A DNA stretch of 64,000 nucleotides, taken from the NCBI GenBank assembly GCA_026395055.1, contig JAPLZK010000004.1, positions 82,805-146,804 of the forward strand, read 5' to 3'. Positions within the stretch are counted from its first letter, which is position 1. The number at the start of each line of letters is the position of its first letter. The stretch comes from Candidatus Uhrbacteria bacterium (GTDB lineage Bacteria > Patescibacteriota > Patescibacteriia > UBA9934 > GWF2-40-263). Made by a program: the position numbers and the translations under genes. The notes under the pieces are model-generated. The model was given only the letters and a program-made list of their open reading frames with translations. It ran no database searches and was not told the origin of the DNA. Below are positions 40,904 to 51,242 of the stretch, one piece after another.

Positions 40904-41563
40904 ATGAAAAAGGTTGTGTGTATTTTGGTCTTTCTCGCCTCTTTCATTTCTTTCGTGGTCTGCTGTCACTCAAAAGCAACGAATACGAATAGTCTCGTGA
41001 AAGAGTCGTCAAAAGAGATTTCCAAGTATTTTGCGCTGAATGCTCGGCTCTATCGAGTGCTGTCGATGCATCCAGTCATTGAAATTCGTCAGAATTTTTT
41101 GCCGAAAATCATGACGGGGGAGGTTTTCGTTGTTTATGAATCCGAAGAGGGGCGGGGTACTTTTTTCTCCGCAACTCTTACGGATGGTGTCCAGATTCAT
41201 GTTGCCGAAGAATTGCTCATGCGTCCATTGCGTCTGCAGCAACTCGTTCTTTTTCATGAGTTTGTTCATTATCAACAGTACATCGGTGGTCACGCGTTTC
41301 CCGAGATGTTTAACCCTTCATTTGCCGATGCATATCCAGAAAAACGTGAGTCGTTCTGCAAACAAAAATGGCACACCGAGTTCGAGGCGTACCAGAAGGA
41401 GTGTGAGTTGTCAGATCGTTTGAAGGGAGGGCCCGATTTTTGTCGGGGGTTTCAAGCGAGTGACTTTGTGGAAAAACTAGCGGCTTGGGTTGCTGTGAAT
41501 GACTCGAGTGCGAGTATTTGCAAAGAGACATATTTGCAGATGGTGCAATCGAAACAGTTCTAA
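40904..41563 (+). CDS. Secreted protein with HExxH zincin-like motif
   Basis: Signal peptide MKKVVCILV; LFHEFVHYQQ..E.EAY; TTGACA-N17-TATCTT promoter at 40820-40848. Confidence 0.65.
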   Translation: MKKVVCILVFLASFISFVVCCHSKATNTNSLVKESSKEISKYFALNARLYRVLSMHPVIEIRQNFLPKIMTGEVFVVYESEEGRGTFFSATLTDGVQIHVAEELLMRPLRLQQLVLFHEFVHYQQYIGGHAFPEMFNPSFADAYPEKRESFCKQKWHTEFEAYQKECELSDRLKGGPDFCRGFQASDFVEKLAAWVAVNDSSASICKETYLQMVQSKQF

Positions 41564-41585
41564 GTCGAGACATACTCGACTTTTT

Positions 41586-41888
41586 TTATTTTGTCAGCGC
41601 ATCAAAGTCGACATCCTCAGTAAGCGGATGGTTGCACATAAACGGATTCCGCTTTGTGTGTGCGACTTGATAGGGGATAGACTCTCCGTTCTGTTTGGAG
41701 TTTAGGAAGCCTCGTGAACATCCCCAAAAGAGATTTGGATCTGAAGGATCCAAATCGATGTGGACGTAGTGTCCAAACGGTTTGGATGCCGCTTCCGATG
41801 CAGGTTCCATTTGATTCGTTTTTTCAAGAACCAATCCGAGTGTGCAAAGCACAAGACTTCCAATCAAAATGTAAAAAGAACGACGCAT
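41586..41888 (-). CDS. Small secreted/membrane-anchored hypothetical protein
   Basis: AAGGAG SD, N-terminal hydrophobic segment, two downstream Cys. Confidence 0.55.
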   Translation of the reverse strand: MRRSFYILIGSLVLCTLGLVLEKTNQMEPASEAASKPFGHYVHIDLDPSDPNLFWGCSRGFLNSKQNGESIPYQVAHTKRNPFMCNHPLTEDVDFDALTK

Positions 41889-42080
41889 GACTTTCTCCTT
41901 GCTAGTTAAAACAAAAACTCCCCAGGCATTTACCAAAGGAGTTCATAAAAATAGTTTAGCAGTTTTTGATGAAATGTCAAACGTGGTTTTTCACAGCAGA
42001 TTTGTTTCAGCTGCGTCTGTTGACTTTCCCCTCATTTCCGTGCTAAAAAGCTCCCTCGTTCTTTCCAATTGGAGGTAGGT

Positions 42081-43028
42081 ATGAAAATTCATTCGATTCA
42101 GATCTTTCTTGTTTTTTCTTTGTTTTTGAACGCAGCGACCGTGCTTGCGGCTTGTGAAAAGGGAACAACCATCGCCGAACTTGCCAAGATTGGGCAAGAC
42201 GGGGAAAAAGCGTTCATGGACCCGGAAGGTGTTGCACATTTGCACGCCTTTGCGCTTCGTGCGCGAGAACTCGTGTTGCCCTGTCTTCAGGACAAGATTA
42301 CTCCGCGTGATGCGGCAGCGTTTCATCGGCTGATGGCGCTTTCTGCATTTACGCAAAAAGATTTGTCTCGTGTGAGTGCGGAATTTCATGCGGCGCGCAA
42401 ATTCGAACCGGGATATGAATTTCCGGTTGATGTTGTGCCAGAAGGGCACCGTTTGCGTAAGCTGTATGAACAGGCGGCTTCGCTTGAGGACGGCAAGCTT
42501 GAACCTGTGTTTTCTCCGGAAGGTGGCTATGTCACCGTTGGTGGGGTGCGAGGTGCTCCACGTCCAGAAAAAACGCCGGTCATCATTCAGGTGTTTGATG
42601 CCTATGATCCGATTTCAAAGAAACAAGCGCTGATCGAAACGCGATATCTTCAACCGGGCGAGAAATTGCCTGTGTGGGGAAAAAATCCGTTTGGGATTAC
42701 TGCAAAGGATCTTGGAATCGACAATAAGTCTGCGTGGGTGACTCCAAAGACTTGGTATATCACTGCGGCAGTTGCTGCGGTGATCACGGGATCTTTGTAT
42801 GGAATAGCGTTGTACAATAAATCGCAATTCCAAAATACATCTGGGATCGACTCAGCGGATTCAGATCGCAGACTGCAAGGTTATTCGGATCGTGCAAATG
42901 CGTTTGGGACCGCTTCGGTTGTGACAGGTATTACCACGCTTGCGTTTGCGGGGCTTGGTGCAGGATTTCGATTTATTCAAGAAGAAAAACCAAGTCATGC
43001 CGATCAGCAGGCGGGGAGTCGTGAATAA
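42081..43028 (+). CDS. Secreted/membrane protein coupled to Ser/Thr kinase
   Basis: GGAGGT SD; signal peptide; helical domain (LPCL..AAAFHRLMAL..AARKFEP..PEGH); two C-terminal hydrophobic segments; TAATG overlap with kinase. Confidence 0.75.
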   Translation: MKIHSIQIFLVFSLFLNAATVLAACEKGTTIAELAKIGQDGEKAFMDPEGVAHLHAFALRARELVLPCLQDKITPRDAAAFHRLMALSAFTQKDLSRVSAEFHAARKFEPGYEFPVDVVPEGHRLRKLYEQAASLEDGKLEPVFSPEGGYVTVGGVRGAPRPEKTPVIIQVFDAYDPISKKQALIETRYLQPGEKLPVWGKNPFGITAKDLGIDNKSAWVTPKTWYITAAVAAVITGSLYGIALYNKSQFQNTSGIDSADSDRRLQGYSDRANAFGTASVVTGITTLAFAGLGAGFRFIQEEKPSHADQQAGSRE

Positions 43029-44911
43029 TGAAAGAAGAAGAGATTCAAGAACTTTTCCGCCATCATCAAGGCGGACGATTCGAAATTCGAAAAATTCTTG
43101 GGATTGGAGGAATGGGTGTTGTTGTGCAGGCATTCGACAAGAAGTTGAAAGTGCTGCGCGCGATCAAAATCTTCAATCCGGAACTGCTCGCAAATGAATC
43201 CTTGGTGCGTCGCTTTGAAAATGAAGCATCCATCATGGCGGGAATCGAACACCCGAACATTGTGAAAGTGTATGACATTGGAGAAATTCAATCGCATCAT
43301 TTCATTGTACTTGAGTGGATCGATGGGGGAAGACTCGGAAATTTGATCTGTAAGGATAATCAAGACGGAACACAGACATTGAGTCCGATGCATCCACGCG
43401 TCGCTCTCCTCATGATCTATTATGTCTGCGATGCGCTTTCTGTTGCGCACAAGCGCGGTATTATTCATCGAGACATCAAACCGGACAATATCCTCATCAC
43501 AAATGACGGTATGCCGAAGGTTGCGGATTTCGGGATCGCGCACATGGATGGAGATGACAAGAATCCTCTGACGGGTGTTGGAGAAGGTCTTGCAACTCCT
43601 CGGATTGGAGCGCCGGAACAATTCGCAAACGCGGCGTCTGTGGATGCTCGGGCGGATGTGTATGCAACCGCGGTAACATTCTGGATGCTCATGACAGCCA
43701 TGCGTCCGCCGGGGTTACTGTTTTTGCATGACATGGAACAAGATCCGGAATTGCTCGCAAAGATTCCTGTGTGTCTGCATCGTATTCTGAAAAAAGCCGT
43801 CGCGTATTATCCCGCGGGGCGATACGCTTCGATGGAAGAATTCGCGCAGGCACTGCGAAATGTGGAAGATCAATTTCCCCCACTTGGTGAAGACGTCTCT
43901 GTCTCTTCGGGTGAAGAACAACAGGTGAGTGTGTGGGGCCTGACGCAAGTTGGCGCAACACGCATTGGGTCTAAGCCGGCAATAAGTCTCGTGATTGATC
44001 CGACAACCATCTCGAAGCGACCCTTGCCTCTTGAGGCAGATGTTCCACGAGAGCCCGTTGAAGAGTCTGTTATTGAACCAACGCGTTTCTCGAAACCGAC
44101 ACCAATCCCTGATCGCGATGGAAATACGCTTGCGTATCGCCCGAGTGGGGAAGTGATTCAGGAAATCCCATTACAGGTCGATTCGGACCGTAGTGCAGAT
44201 GGCGACCCGCCACCTCATACACCGCCCGCACCAAATCATCGGTCTTTGTTGATTGGCGCATCCGTTTTCTGTGTTGTTGGTCTTGTGACGGCATTCATTG
44301 CATCATCTCGACCGACAAAAACGACTGTGCAGCAACCTGTTGTCATCGAACAAAAACAACGTGTAGTAGAGGAACCGGATTCAAAGCAAGGATCCGTTGA
44401 TGTGCTCGTTGCTCCCAATGATATCTCGATTGCATCGGATGTGAGCACATCCGATGTGGAAGTGAAGCTCGAACCGGACATTCCGACAGTGGTCGTTCAA
44501 GTTCCTGTTGAACATCCGGTCGAGAAGCAACAAGAAAAGAAAGATCGTAAGGCAGAAAAGTCTTCACGGTCGATTGAAGTGAAAGCTGGGGAAACGCTCG
44601 TGTTGAAACCAGTAGAGAAACACGAAGTTCCAAAACCTCCGATCCTTGAATCTCCGCAACCAAAATTGGAAACAGTAAAGGTGCAAGTGGGTTTGAAGTT
44701 TCCGAGTGATGATGCGGTTCGTGTGTGGCTTGTGGGACCAGGCGGTAAACACAAGTTGCCAGGATCGGTTGCGCCCGGAACATATAAAGTTGTCGCGATC
44801 TTCAAAGATCAAGACACAGAAACCGTGATCTTTCCCAAATATGAAGTTTTGGAAGGAACAACCCCGCGTCTCTCCTGCGATTCCGCACGAGAAGTCTGTC
44901 AAAAGCTCTAA
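43028..44911 (+). CDS. Hanks-type transmembrane Ser/Thr protein kinase
   Basis: GIGGMGVV, AIK, HPNIV, HRDIKPDN, DFG, APE, DVY; TM LLIGASVFCVVGLVTAFIA; C-terminal beta domain with Cys pair. Confidence 0.93.
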   Translation: MKEEEIQELFRHHQGGRFEIRKILGIGGMGVVVQAFDKKLKVLRAIKIFNPELLANESLVRRFENEASIMAGIEHPNIVKVYDIGEIQSHHFIVLEWIDGGRLGNLICKDNQDGTQTLSPMHPRVALLMIYYVCDALSVAHKRGIIHRDIKPDNILITNDGMPKVADFGIAHMDGDDKNPLTGVGEGLATPRIGAPEQFANAASVDARADVYATAVTFWMLMTAMRPPGLLFLHDMEQDPELLAKIPVCLHRILKKAVAYYPAGRYASMEEFAQALRNVEDQFPPLGEDVSVSSGEEQQVSVWGLTQVGATRIGSKPAISLVIDPTTISKRPLPLEADVPREPVEESVIEPTRFSKPTPIPDRDGNTLAYRPSGEVIQEIPLQVDSDRSADGDPPPHTPPAPNHRSLLIGASVFCVVGLVTAFIASSRPTKTTVQQPVVIEQKQRVVEEPDSKQGSVDVLVAPNDISIASDVSTSDVEVKLEPDIPTVVVQVPVEHPVEKQQEKKDRKAEKSSRSIEVKAGETLVLKPVEKHEVPKPPILESPQPKLETVKVQVGLKFPSDDAVRVWLVGPGGKHKLPGSVAPGTYKVVAIFKDQDTETVIFPKYEVLEGTTPRLSCDSAREVCQKL

Positions 44912-44940
44912 CGAGAACCTTGCGTTCTCGTTTTTTAATT

Positions 44941-45067
44941 GGGGAAGGGGTAAGGGGCTAGGGATGAGGGTTTAAATGGGGTGAGGTTAAATTTTTTGAT
45001 TAGATATGCTAGTGTATCGACAAAGGATTATAGCTAACCTCTAGTCCCTTGTCCCTAACCCCTCCCT
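44941..45067. repeat. Inverted pair of AGGG/CCCT heptamer arms upstream of serS
   Basis: ggggaaggggtaaggggctagggatgaggg ... ctaacctctagtcccttgtccctaacccctccct. Confidence 0.7.
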
Positions 45068-46327
45068 ATGATTGATATCAAAATGATTTTGGAACAACCA
45101 GAACTGGTTGCTAAAAATAACGTAAATCGTGGAAAAACGATTGATATTGCGGTTGCAACCGGACTCGCAGCCAAGCGCCTTGAACTTGTAGATGCTGTTC
45201 AGGTTTCTCGTACACGAGGGAACCAAATTGCGGAATTGATCCCGAAGGCTTCTGCGGAGGAGCGCGCAGGTCTGATCGAAGAAGGTAAGCGCATGAAAGA
45301 AGAAGCAAAGGCGAAGGAAGCCGAGCTGAATCGCGTAGAAGCTGAACTTGAAACAGAATTACATAAATACCCAAACCTTTTGCGTGAAGACGTTCCGGTT
45401 GGAAAAGACGAAGCTTCAAATGAAGTTGTTCGTGTGTTCATGGAACCAACCGCGTTCTCTTTCGAACCAAAGGATCACCTCACTCTTGGAGAAGACTTGG
45501 GAATGATTGATGTGGAACGTGCAACGAAAGTTGCCGGAACACGATTTGTTTATTTGAAAGGGGATTTGGTGTTGATGGAATTTGCCTTGATCCAATACGC
45601 ATTCTCCCTGCTCGGAAAAAATGGATTCGTACCGGTCATGCCTCCGCATATTATCTCAACGTCCGCCATGTCGAAGATGGGTTACCTCGATCACGGCGGA
45701 GAAGAAGAGGTTTATCACTTGAAGAATGACGACGCGGTTTTGATTGGAACATCTGAGCAAGCCATCGGCCCCATGCTCATGGACGAAATGCTCGATGAAA
45801 CAAAATTACCACTTCGCTACATGGGATTTTCTCCGTGTTATCGTCGTGAAGCCGGAAGTTATGGACGCGATGTTCGTGGAATTTTGCGCATGCACCAGTT
45901 CGATAAAATTGAAATGTTCAGTTTCACCGCGCCAGAAGAATCGGATCAAGAGCATCAGCTTTTGCTGTCGATGGAAGAACAGCTCATGCAAGGATTAAAG
46001 TTGCCACACCAAGTCATGAAGCTTTGCTCGGGTGACATTGGTGCACCATCTGCGCGAACGTATGACATTAATACATGGGTGCCATCTCAAAAGATGTATC
46101 GTGAAACACATTCAACGTCAAACACAACAGATTTTCAAACACGTCGATTAAATATTCGTGTGAAGCGTGAGGGAAAAAATGTTCTCGCACACGCATTGAA
46201 TGGAACCGCGTTCGCAATTGGTCGCACGCTTATCGCCATCATAGAAAATTATCAACAAGAAGACGGAAGCATTCTGGTGCCAGATGTGTTGAGAGCATAC
46301 GTAGGGAAAGAAAGAATTACAAAGTAA
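45068..46327 (+). CDS. serS: Serine--tRNA ligase
   Basis: N-terminal coiled coil, GTSEQ, YRREAG..RMHQFDKIE, HALNGTAFA..R. Confidence 0.97.
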   Translation: MIDIKMILEQPELVAKNNVNRGKTIDIAVATGLAAKRLELVDAVQVSRTRGNQIAELIPKASAEERAGLIEEGKRMKEEAKAKEAELNRVEAELETELHKYPNLLREDVPVGKDEASNEVVRVFMEPTAFSFEPKDHLTLGEDLGMIDVERATKVAGTRFVYLKGDLVLMEFALIQYAFSLLGKNGFVPVMPPHIISTSAMSKMGYLDHGGEEEVYHLKNDDAVLIGTSEQAIGPMLMDEMLDETKLPLRYMGFSPCYRREAGSYGRDVRGILRMHQFDKIEMFSFTAPEESDQEHQLLLSMEEQLMQGLKLPHQVMKLCSGDIGAPSARTYDINTWVPSQKMYRETHSTSNTTDFQTRRLNIRVKREGKNVLAHALNGTAFAIGRTLIAIIENYQQEDGSILVPDVLRAYVGKERITK

Positions 46328-46332
46328 ATATT

Positions 46333-46363
46333 AAAACAAACTTCTTAGGAAGTTTGTTTTTTT
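46333..46363 (+). terminator. Intrinsic terminator after serS
   Basis: aaaacaaacttc-ttag-gaagtttgttttttt. Confidence 0.8.
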
Positions 46364-46544
46364 GTATTTTAAAAATGTTATACACATTCGAACAGATTTT
46401 TTTTCGATTTGGATTTTTGATTCTTATTTTAGCGATGAAATGATGGTTTCATTTTGTTCTGTCAAACAAACATATCAAAAATTATTGCTAAATTTAGCAT
46501 AAAATGGCTTGACGGAACGGTTTTTTCTTGATGGAATGAACGCA

Positions 46545-46816
46545 GGTCACGATCCTCACCACACAACACTCTGTCTGAATCGATCGCAAGGGATTTCCTG
46601 ATGAATACGACGATTCTTTGCACCGATCACATGGACTGTTGTGTGTTTCTTGACCCGTTGATCACGGGAAACCTACGGAGTTCACCGGGATTCAATCAGT
46701 CTTTCTTGTCGACCACCTCGCACTTGCGCGTGCAGATCTCATGCGCCAAGCGAGGATGTTGACACAGGGTCAACTTCCTCATGCTGAGACCAAGTGTCTC
46801 AACTGGGAGAAGTGTC
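46545..46816 (+). ncRNA. Candidate structured 5' leader RNA upstream of M23 peptidase
   Basis: TTGACG-N17-TGGAAT promoter (46509-46537); several long stems; no long ORF. Confidence 0.45.
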
Positions 46817-48112
46817 ATGCGAAAAGATCAGTTTGTTACACGTGATGCGTTCGATACAGTGCTTCGGACCTTTTGCTGGTCCATGCTGGTCGCGATTTTC
46901 GCCTCCATGCTTGTGAGTTGCGCATCAGTCGAACCGTTTGATGCGCAGTCGAGCGTGTCTTCACCTCAAGATACAAATGAATCGTCTGGCATTTCGTTTG
47001 ACGAAGGTGGAACGGTGCCGATCATTCAAATGCCGTTTGCGGCAGGGCATGTAAGTCAGTGCACGCAGGGTGCGTATGGTCAATCGAGTCACCACAGCAC
47101 ATCCACGATGTATGACATTGATTTCGATACGTCGAACACCTCGAAAGAAGAATTGCGCGCGCCGGTTTCCGGCGTTGCGTATGTACACACGGAAGATGCG
47201 TCGAAAAATTTCGGCTATCACGTGAATATCGATCTCGGAAACGGAACGTACGTGATCTTGGGACACATGGCAGACATTGCCGCGAAGAACGGTGAGCCTG
47301 TTGTTGCCGGTCAATTTGTTGGCCATGAAGGCTGTACGGGTTATTGTAGCGGTGATCATGTTCATGTTGGTCTTCATATGGGGGACGCTCGCAAGATGGG
47401 TGAATTTGGCGCCTCCATTCCTGTTCGCTACATGCTTGCGGATAAAAATCTGAAGTCGAGAGCGGAAGCGATTGATTGCACGTCGCTTGTGTGCGGAATT
47501 AAATCGCTGGGGGATCCGGTGAACGGGCATATGTATATTTCCGCGCTCCCGTCTGTGAACGCACAGACGGTGAGTTCCGCACCTTCAGCTTCTTCATCGA
47601 GCGCACCTTCGCAACCTCCTCAACAAACGGATCCGCCCTTGATCAATCCAAAAACCTCGACAGATGATGTTTGGGTGAATGATTTGAATCTTGATGGAAT
47701 GCAAGAAACGCTCATGCTGAGCGCGGCACGTTGGGCAGATCCAATCTTGTCTGCACACGATGCGTTTGTCTGGGGAACGGGTGGGTGTTTTGATGGTTTG
47801 CTTCTACAAGCAGACCGCGTTTCCCCACAAAACGGCTATTATCAGATTGATTTTTCCAAGCTTGGAAAGCCTTGTCTTGGAGATCTCACGCTCATTTCCG
47901 CGTTAGGTTCAGACGGCAGTCTTCCAAATCTGCTCATGTCCAATTGGAACTGGTGGCAAAACGCCTCTGTGTGTTCAAAAGGATCTCCGTTTTGTCAGCT
48001 ACAAAAAAATGGTCACTCCTGGGAAGAGTGGATGATTCGTGTCTCGTGGGATCCTTATGAAGGACTCATTGCATTCGGCAATGGCTACACAAAAAATTCA
48101 CAACTTCCATAA
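46817..48112 (+). CDS. M23 family metallopeptidase lipoprotein with Cys/Trp-rich C-terminal domain
   Basis: LVSC lipobox-like; H..YDIDF, APVSG, GHM, GCTG..SGDHVH. Confidence 0.85.
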   Translation: MRKDQFVTRDAFDTVLRTFCWSMLVAIFASMLVSCASVEPFDAQSSVSSPQDTNESSGISFDEGGTVPIIQMPFAAGHVSQCTQGAYGQSSHHSTSTMYDIDFDTSNTSKEELRAPVSGVAYVHTEDASKNFGYHVNIDLGNGTYVILGHMADIAAKNGEPVVAGQFVGHEGCTGYCSGDHVHVGLHMGDARKMGEFGASIPVRYMLADKNLKSRAEAIDCTSLVCGIKSLGDPVNGHMYISALPSVNAQTVSSAPSASSSSAPSQPPQQTDPPLINPKTSTDDVWVNDLNLDGMQETLMLSAARWADPILSAHDAFVWGTGGCFDGLLLQADRVSPQNGYYQIDFSKLGKPCLGDLTLISALGSDGSLPNLLMSNWNWWQNASVCSKGSPFCQLQKNGHSWEEWMIRVSWDPYEGLIAFGNGYTKNSQLP

Positions 48113-48210
48113 TCTTCTTGCTCTCGAGGTTCTCTCGAGAGTTTTTCTTTTTTTATCCCATTCTCATTCCTACTTTCTGCGTTCCACTTGTGCTATAATT
48201 ATTTTGAAAT

Positions 48211-51200
48211 ATGCACAAGATCTTTGCCCGAATCATCGCGGCGCTTTTGTGGCTAGAGAAACGTCTCGAACCGATCGCAAAACATCCACTTGGACGCGTG
48301 GGACTTGTTGTTTTTGTTTCTCTCCTTACGCTTTTAAATCCAAATCCTGTTCATGCAGATGGAACAAAAGCAGGTCCTGGATTTTTGGAAACAGCATTGT
48401 TGTACATTGCAAACATCGCGCTTTCTGTTGCGGTTGTTTTGTCAAAACTCGTGATCGTGATCATTCAGGTGTTGATTCCGGTCATGTTGTACAACAAGTT
48501 TTCCGAATCTCCGGTTGTGATTTCTGGTTGGGCCATTGTGCGTGACACGGTCAACATGTTTTTCGTTATTGTTCTTATCGCCATCGCCTTTGGAACCATT
48601 TTTGGAAACTCCCGATTCAAATGGCAGCAACAAATGACGCGCCTCATGATTTTCGCGATCGTCATCAACTTTTCAAAAACACTCTGCGGACTCATGATCG
48701 ACTTCGGACAAGTGGTCATGCTTACATTTGCAAACGCGATCCGTGAAATCGCGGCGGGAAACTTTGTCCAAATGCTTGGAATGGGAGATGTTTACTCGCT
48801 CAGTTCTTCAAACAAAATTTTTCAAACAGCGGCAACAGACTCAAGCGCAACAGGTGCGCAAGCCTTTGACTGGTTTGCATCCTCCATGGCGAGTGTGTTC
48901 ATGATGTTCATTGTGCTCACAACCATGATCATGCTTCTTGCGATTCTCATGTATCGCGTGGTCATGCTTTGGATTTTGATCGTTATCTCTCCGCTCGCGT
49001 GGTTTGTTGGAGGAGCAGGGGATCTCATTAAGAGTGGAGCGTATGCGGATTGGTGGAAGAAATTTATTTGTTTAGTAGCTATCGGTCCTGTTCTTACGTT
49101 TTTTCTTTGGTTGACACTCGTGGTCGCTGGAGCAGGAAATATTTCTGACACTGCTGGATTTGTTGCCTCTGGAAGCACAGACACAGCCGGAGGATTCTTA
49201 ACGCAAATTTTCGAGTTAAATCGTTTAATTAGTTTCGTGATCGCCATCGCCATGCTTTTTGCTGGGTTTGATGCCGCAAACAGTACGTGTAGTGGAGCAG
49301 GACTCGGAATGATCTCTGATCAATTAAAAGGCGGACCGGCAGGAAGCGGAGGGGTGCGCGCAGCAAAAGCGGTTGCCGGACTCGGAGCACGTCTTGGAGC
49401 AAAAGGTGGTCGAGTTGGTGCAAGTGCGGCACGTTACGGGTATAACAAAGGTGTTGTGCCGCTTGCAGAATATACGGGAGGAAAAATTGATCAATCCGCT
49501 CTTGCACAAAAGACCCCGCTTAAATATGCCACCTCTAAAGGACGTGAAGATTTGTATAGAGGTGTCGCCGCAAAGTCTGGTACGGGTATTATTGGTCAAG
49601 CTGTGAGTCGTCGTGCGACGGCACGCGCGGATAAATTGGGTTCTGAGCGCGCGGAAAAAATGGGAGCTGGCTTAGAAGCTTACAAAGCAGACTCTGGAGA
49701 ATCAAAGAATGAAACACTTAAACGCATGGCAGCAAGTGCCTCTATGACTCCCGCTGGAAAGCGTGAAGAACAGGCACTTATGTTGGACGCCATGGGTGAT
49801 GACAAACGCATGAAAGAACTCCGTGCAAGCGGTGCATGGGACACCATGTGGAAGCGTCATGGAAAAGATCTTGAAACAAATGCAAAGGGCGATAAGACCA
49901 TGAAAGCAAAGGTTGACGCGTTCAAGAAAGCGAACGCAGACGTAACAGGTGAGTGGCCAGATCCAAAGGGAGATCCAAAAGAAGCAACAAAACAAGCAGC
50001 CGCATTAAGTGCGTTCGCTCTTTCATCAAAAGACGCGCGTGGAAAATTGACGGGCATTTCCTCTGGAATCAAGAAACCAAAGAAAGAAGGTGGAGGAGAA
50101 TATACGTATGCGGAAGCCTTGGAAAAGAAATTGGTTGGAAACAAAGAACAACAAGATGCGTTTAATAGCGGTCGTGGCTCCATTTATGAAGGCATGAAAC
50201 CAGAAGAGTTGGGTCGTTTGCCAGCGCAGGCGTTGGCAGAGAATTTGACTGCAGACTTGTTGAGCAAAAAGATCAATTCAGCAGACGGACCAACGGTGTC
50301 AGCACAACTTCTTGGAAATAAAGATGCAGAAGTTCAGAAAGCTCTCCATGAACGTTTGAAAGATCCTGTAACGGGTTCCGCGTTGCGTGAAGGGTTGTTG
50401 TCTGGAGCGGGAGTTGAAAAGGGTAAGGTCACAAATTCTGAAAAGTTTGCCGCAGCTCTCACAACAAATCCTGGCTCATTAAGTTATCTGGACGATTCAA
50501 CGTTTGCGGGGCTTAGCGATAATGACATGACAGAACTTGGAAGTGGATTTGCAGACACGGATGTCTTGAAATCTGCGATTGCAAATTATCGCAAAGATCC
50601 AAAGGCGGAATCTTCTCAATTGGCTATGACACGTATTCAGGCGATTTTGGAAAAAGACCCAACTCCTGAAATGATTGCGGCACAAGGATATTTGAATGCA
50701 CAAAAGAAGACGATTGACGAAGGAACACGCATGCAAAAAATTGGTTCTGCATTGAAATCGGTTCCAGGTCAGGTTCGTGGAAGCATCAACGCTTCCATCG
50801 ATTCATCCGCGATTGATACGACAATCGAAACCACTTCACAAATTCCTGAACTTGAAAGTCAAGTTGCAGAATTGGATGCAACGGTAAATACGGCAGAAGC
50901 AGGTTCAAGTGAAATGAGAGCGGCAATGGACAAGCTTGCTTCTGTACATCAACAACTTGATGCTGCTCAACAAGCGTCCACCCAATATATTGAAAATATT
51001 GCAAGCTCAGATGATTTGTCTGCGAGGTTAGACGCAGAATTAGCAGCGCAAATGGATGAGTTGAGTAATGTACAAGGTCAGATTGCCGTAGATAGAAGCG
51101 AAAATAGACATGTAAAACAGACAGATGATCAGGCTGTTGCATTACAGAAAAAGATTGATCAAATAAATGCTGTTAAGACCAGTGTTGAAGCAGCAAAAGC

Positions 51201-51234
51201 AAAAGCAGCAGCCAAAGCTTCTAAAACTCCATAG
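48211..51234 (+). CDS. VirB6/TrbL-like polytopic membrane protein with long hydrophilic tail
   Basis: GWAIVRDTVNMFF, INFSKTLCG..ID, RVVMLWILIVISPLAW, WW; context with PrgI and VirB4. Confidence 0.7.
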   Translation: MHKIFARIIAALLWLEKRLEPIAKHPLGRVGLVVFVSLLTLLNPNPVHADGTKAGPGFLETALLYIANIALSVAVVLSKLVIVIIQVLIPVMLYNKFSESPVVISGWAIVRDTVNMFFVIVLIAIAFGTIFGNSRFKWQQQMTRLMIFAIVINFSKTLCGLMIDFGQVVMLTFANAIREIAAGNFVQMLGMGDVYSLSSSNKIFQTAATDSSATGAQAFDWFASSMASVFMMFIVLTTMIMLLAILMYRVVMLWILIVISPLAWFVGGAGDLIKSGAYADWWKKFICLVAIGPVLTFFLWLTLVVAGAGNISDTAGFVASGSTDTAGGFLTQIFELNRLISFVIAIAMLFAGFDAANSTCSGAGLGMISDQLKGGPAGSGGVRAAKAVAGLGARLGAKGGRVGASAARYGYNKGVVPLAEYTGGKIDQSALAQKTPLKYATSKGREDLYRGVAAKSGTGIIGQAVSRRATARADKLGSERAEKMGAGLEAYKADSGESKNETLKRMAASASMTPAGKREEQALMLDAMGDDKRMKELRASGAWDTMWKRHGKDLETNAKGDKTMKAKVDAFKKANADVTGEWPDPKGDPKEATKQAAALSAFALSSKDARGKLTGISSGIKKPKKEGGGEYTYAEALEKKLVGNKEQQDAFNSGRGSIYEGMKPEELGRLPAQALAENLTADLLSKKINSADGPTVSAQLLGNKDAEVQKALHERLKDPVTGSALREGLLSGAGVEKGKVTNSEKFAAALTTNPGSLSYLDDSTFAGLSDNDMTELGSGFADTDVLKSAIANYRKDPKAESSQLAMTRIQAILEKDPTPEMIAAQGYLNAQKKTIDEGTRMQKIGSALKSVPGQVRGSINASIDSSAIDTTIETTSQIPELESQVAELDATVNTAEAGSSEMRAAMDKLASVHQQLDAAQQASTQYIENIASSDDLSARLDAELAAQMDELSNVQGQIAVDRSENRHVKQTDDQAVALQKKIDQINAVKTSVEAAKAKAAAKASKTP

Positions 51235-51242
51235 ACGAACTT

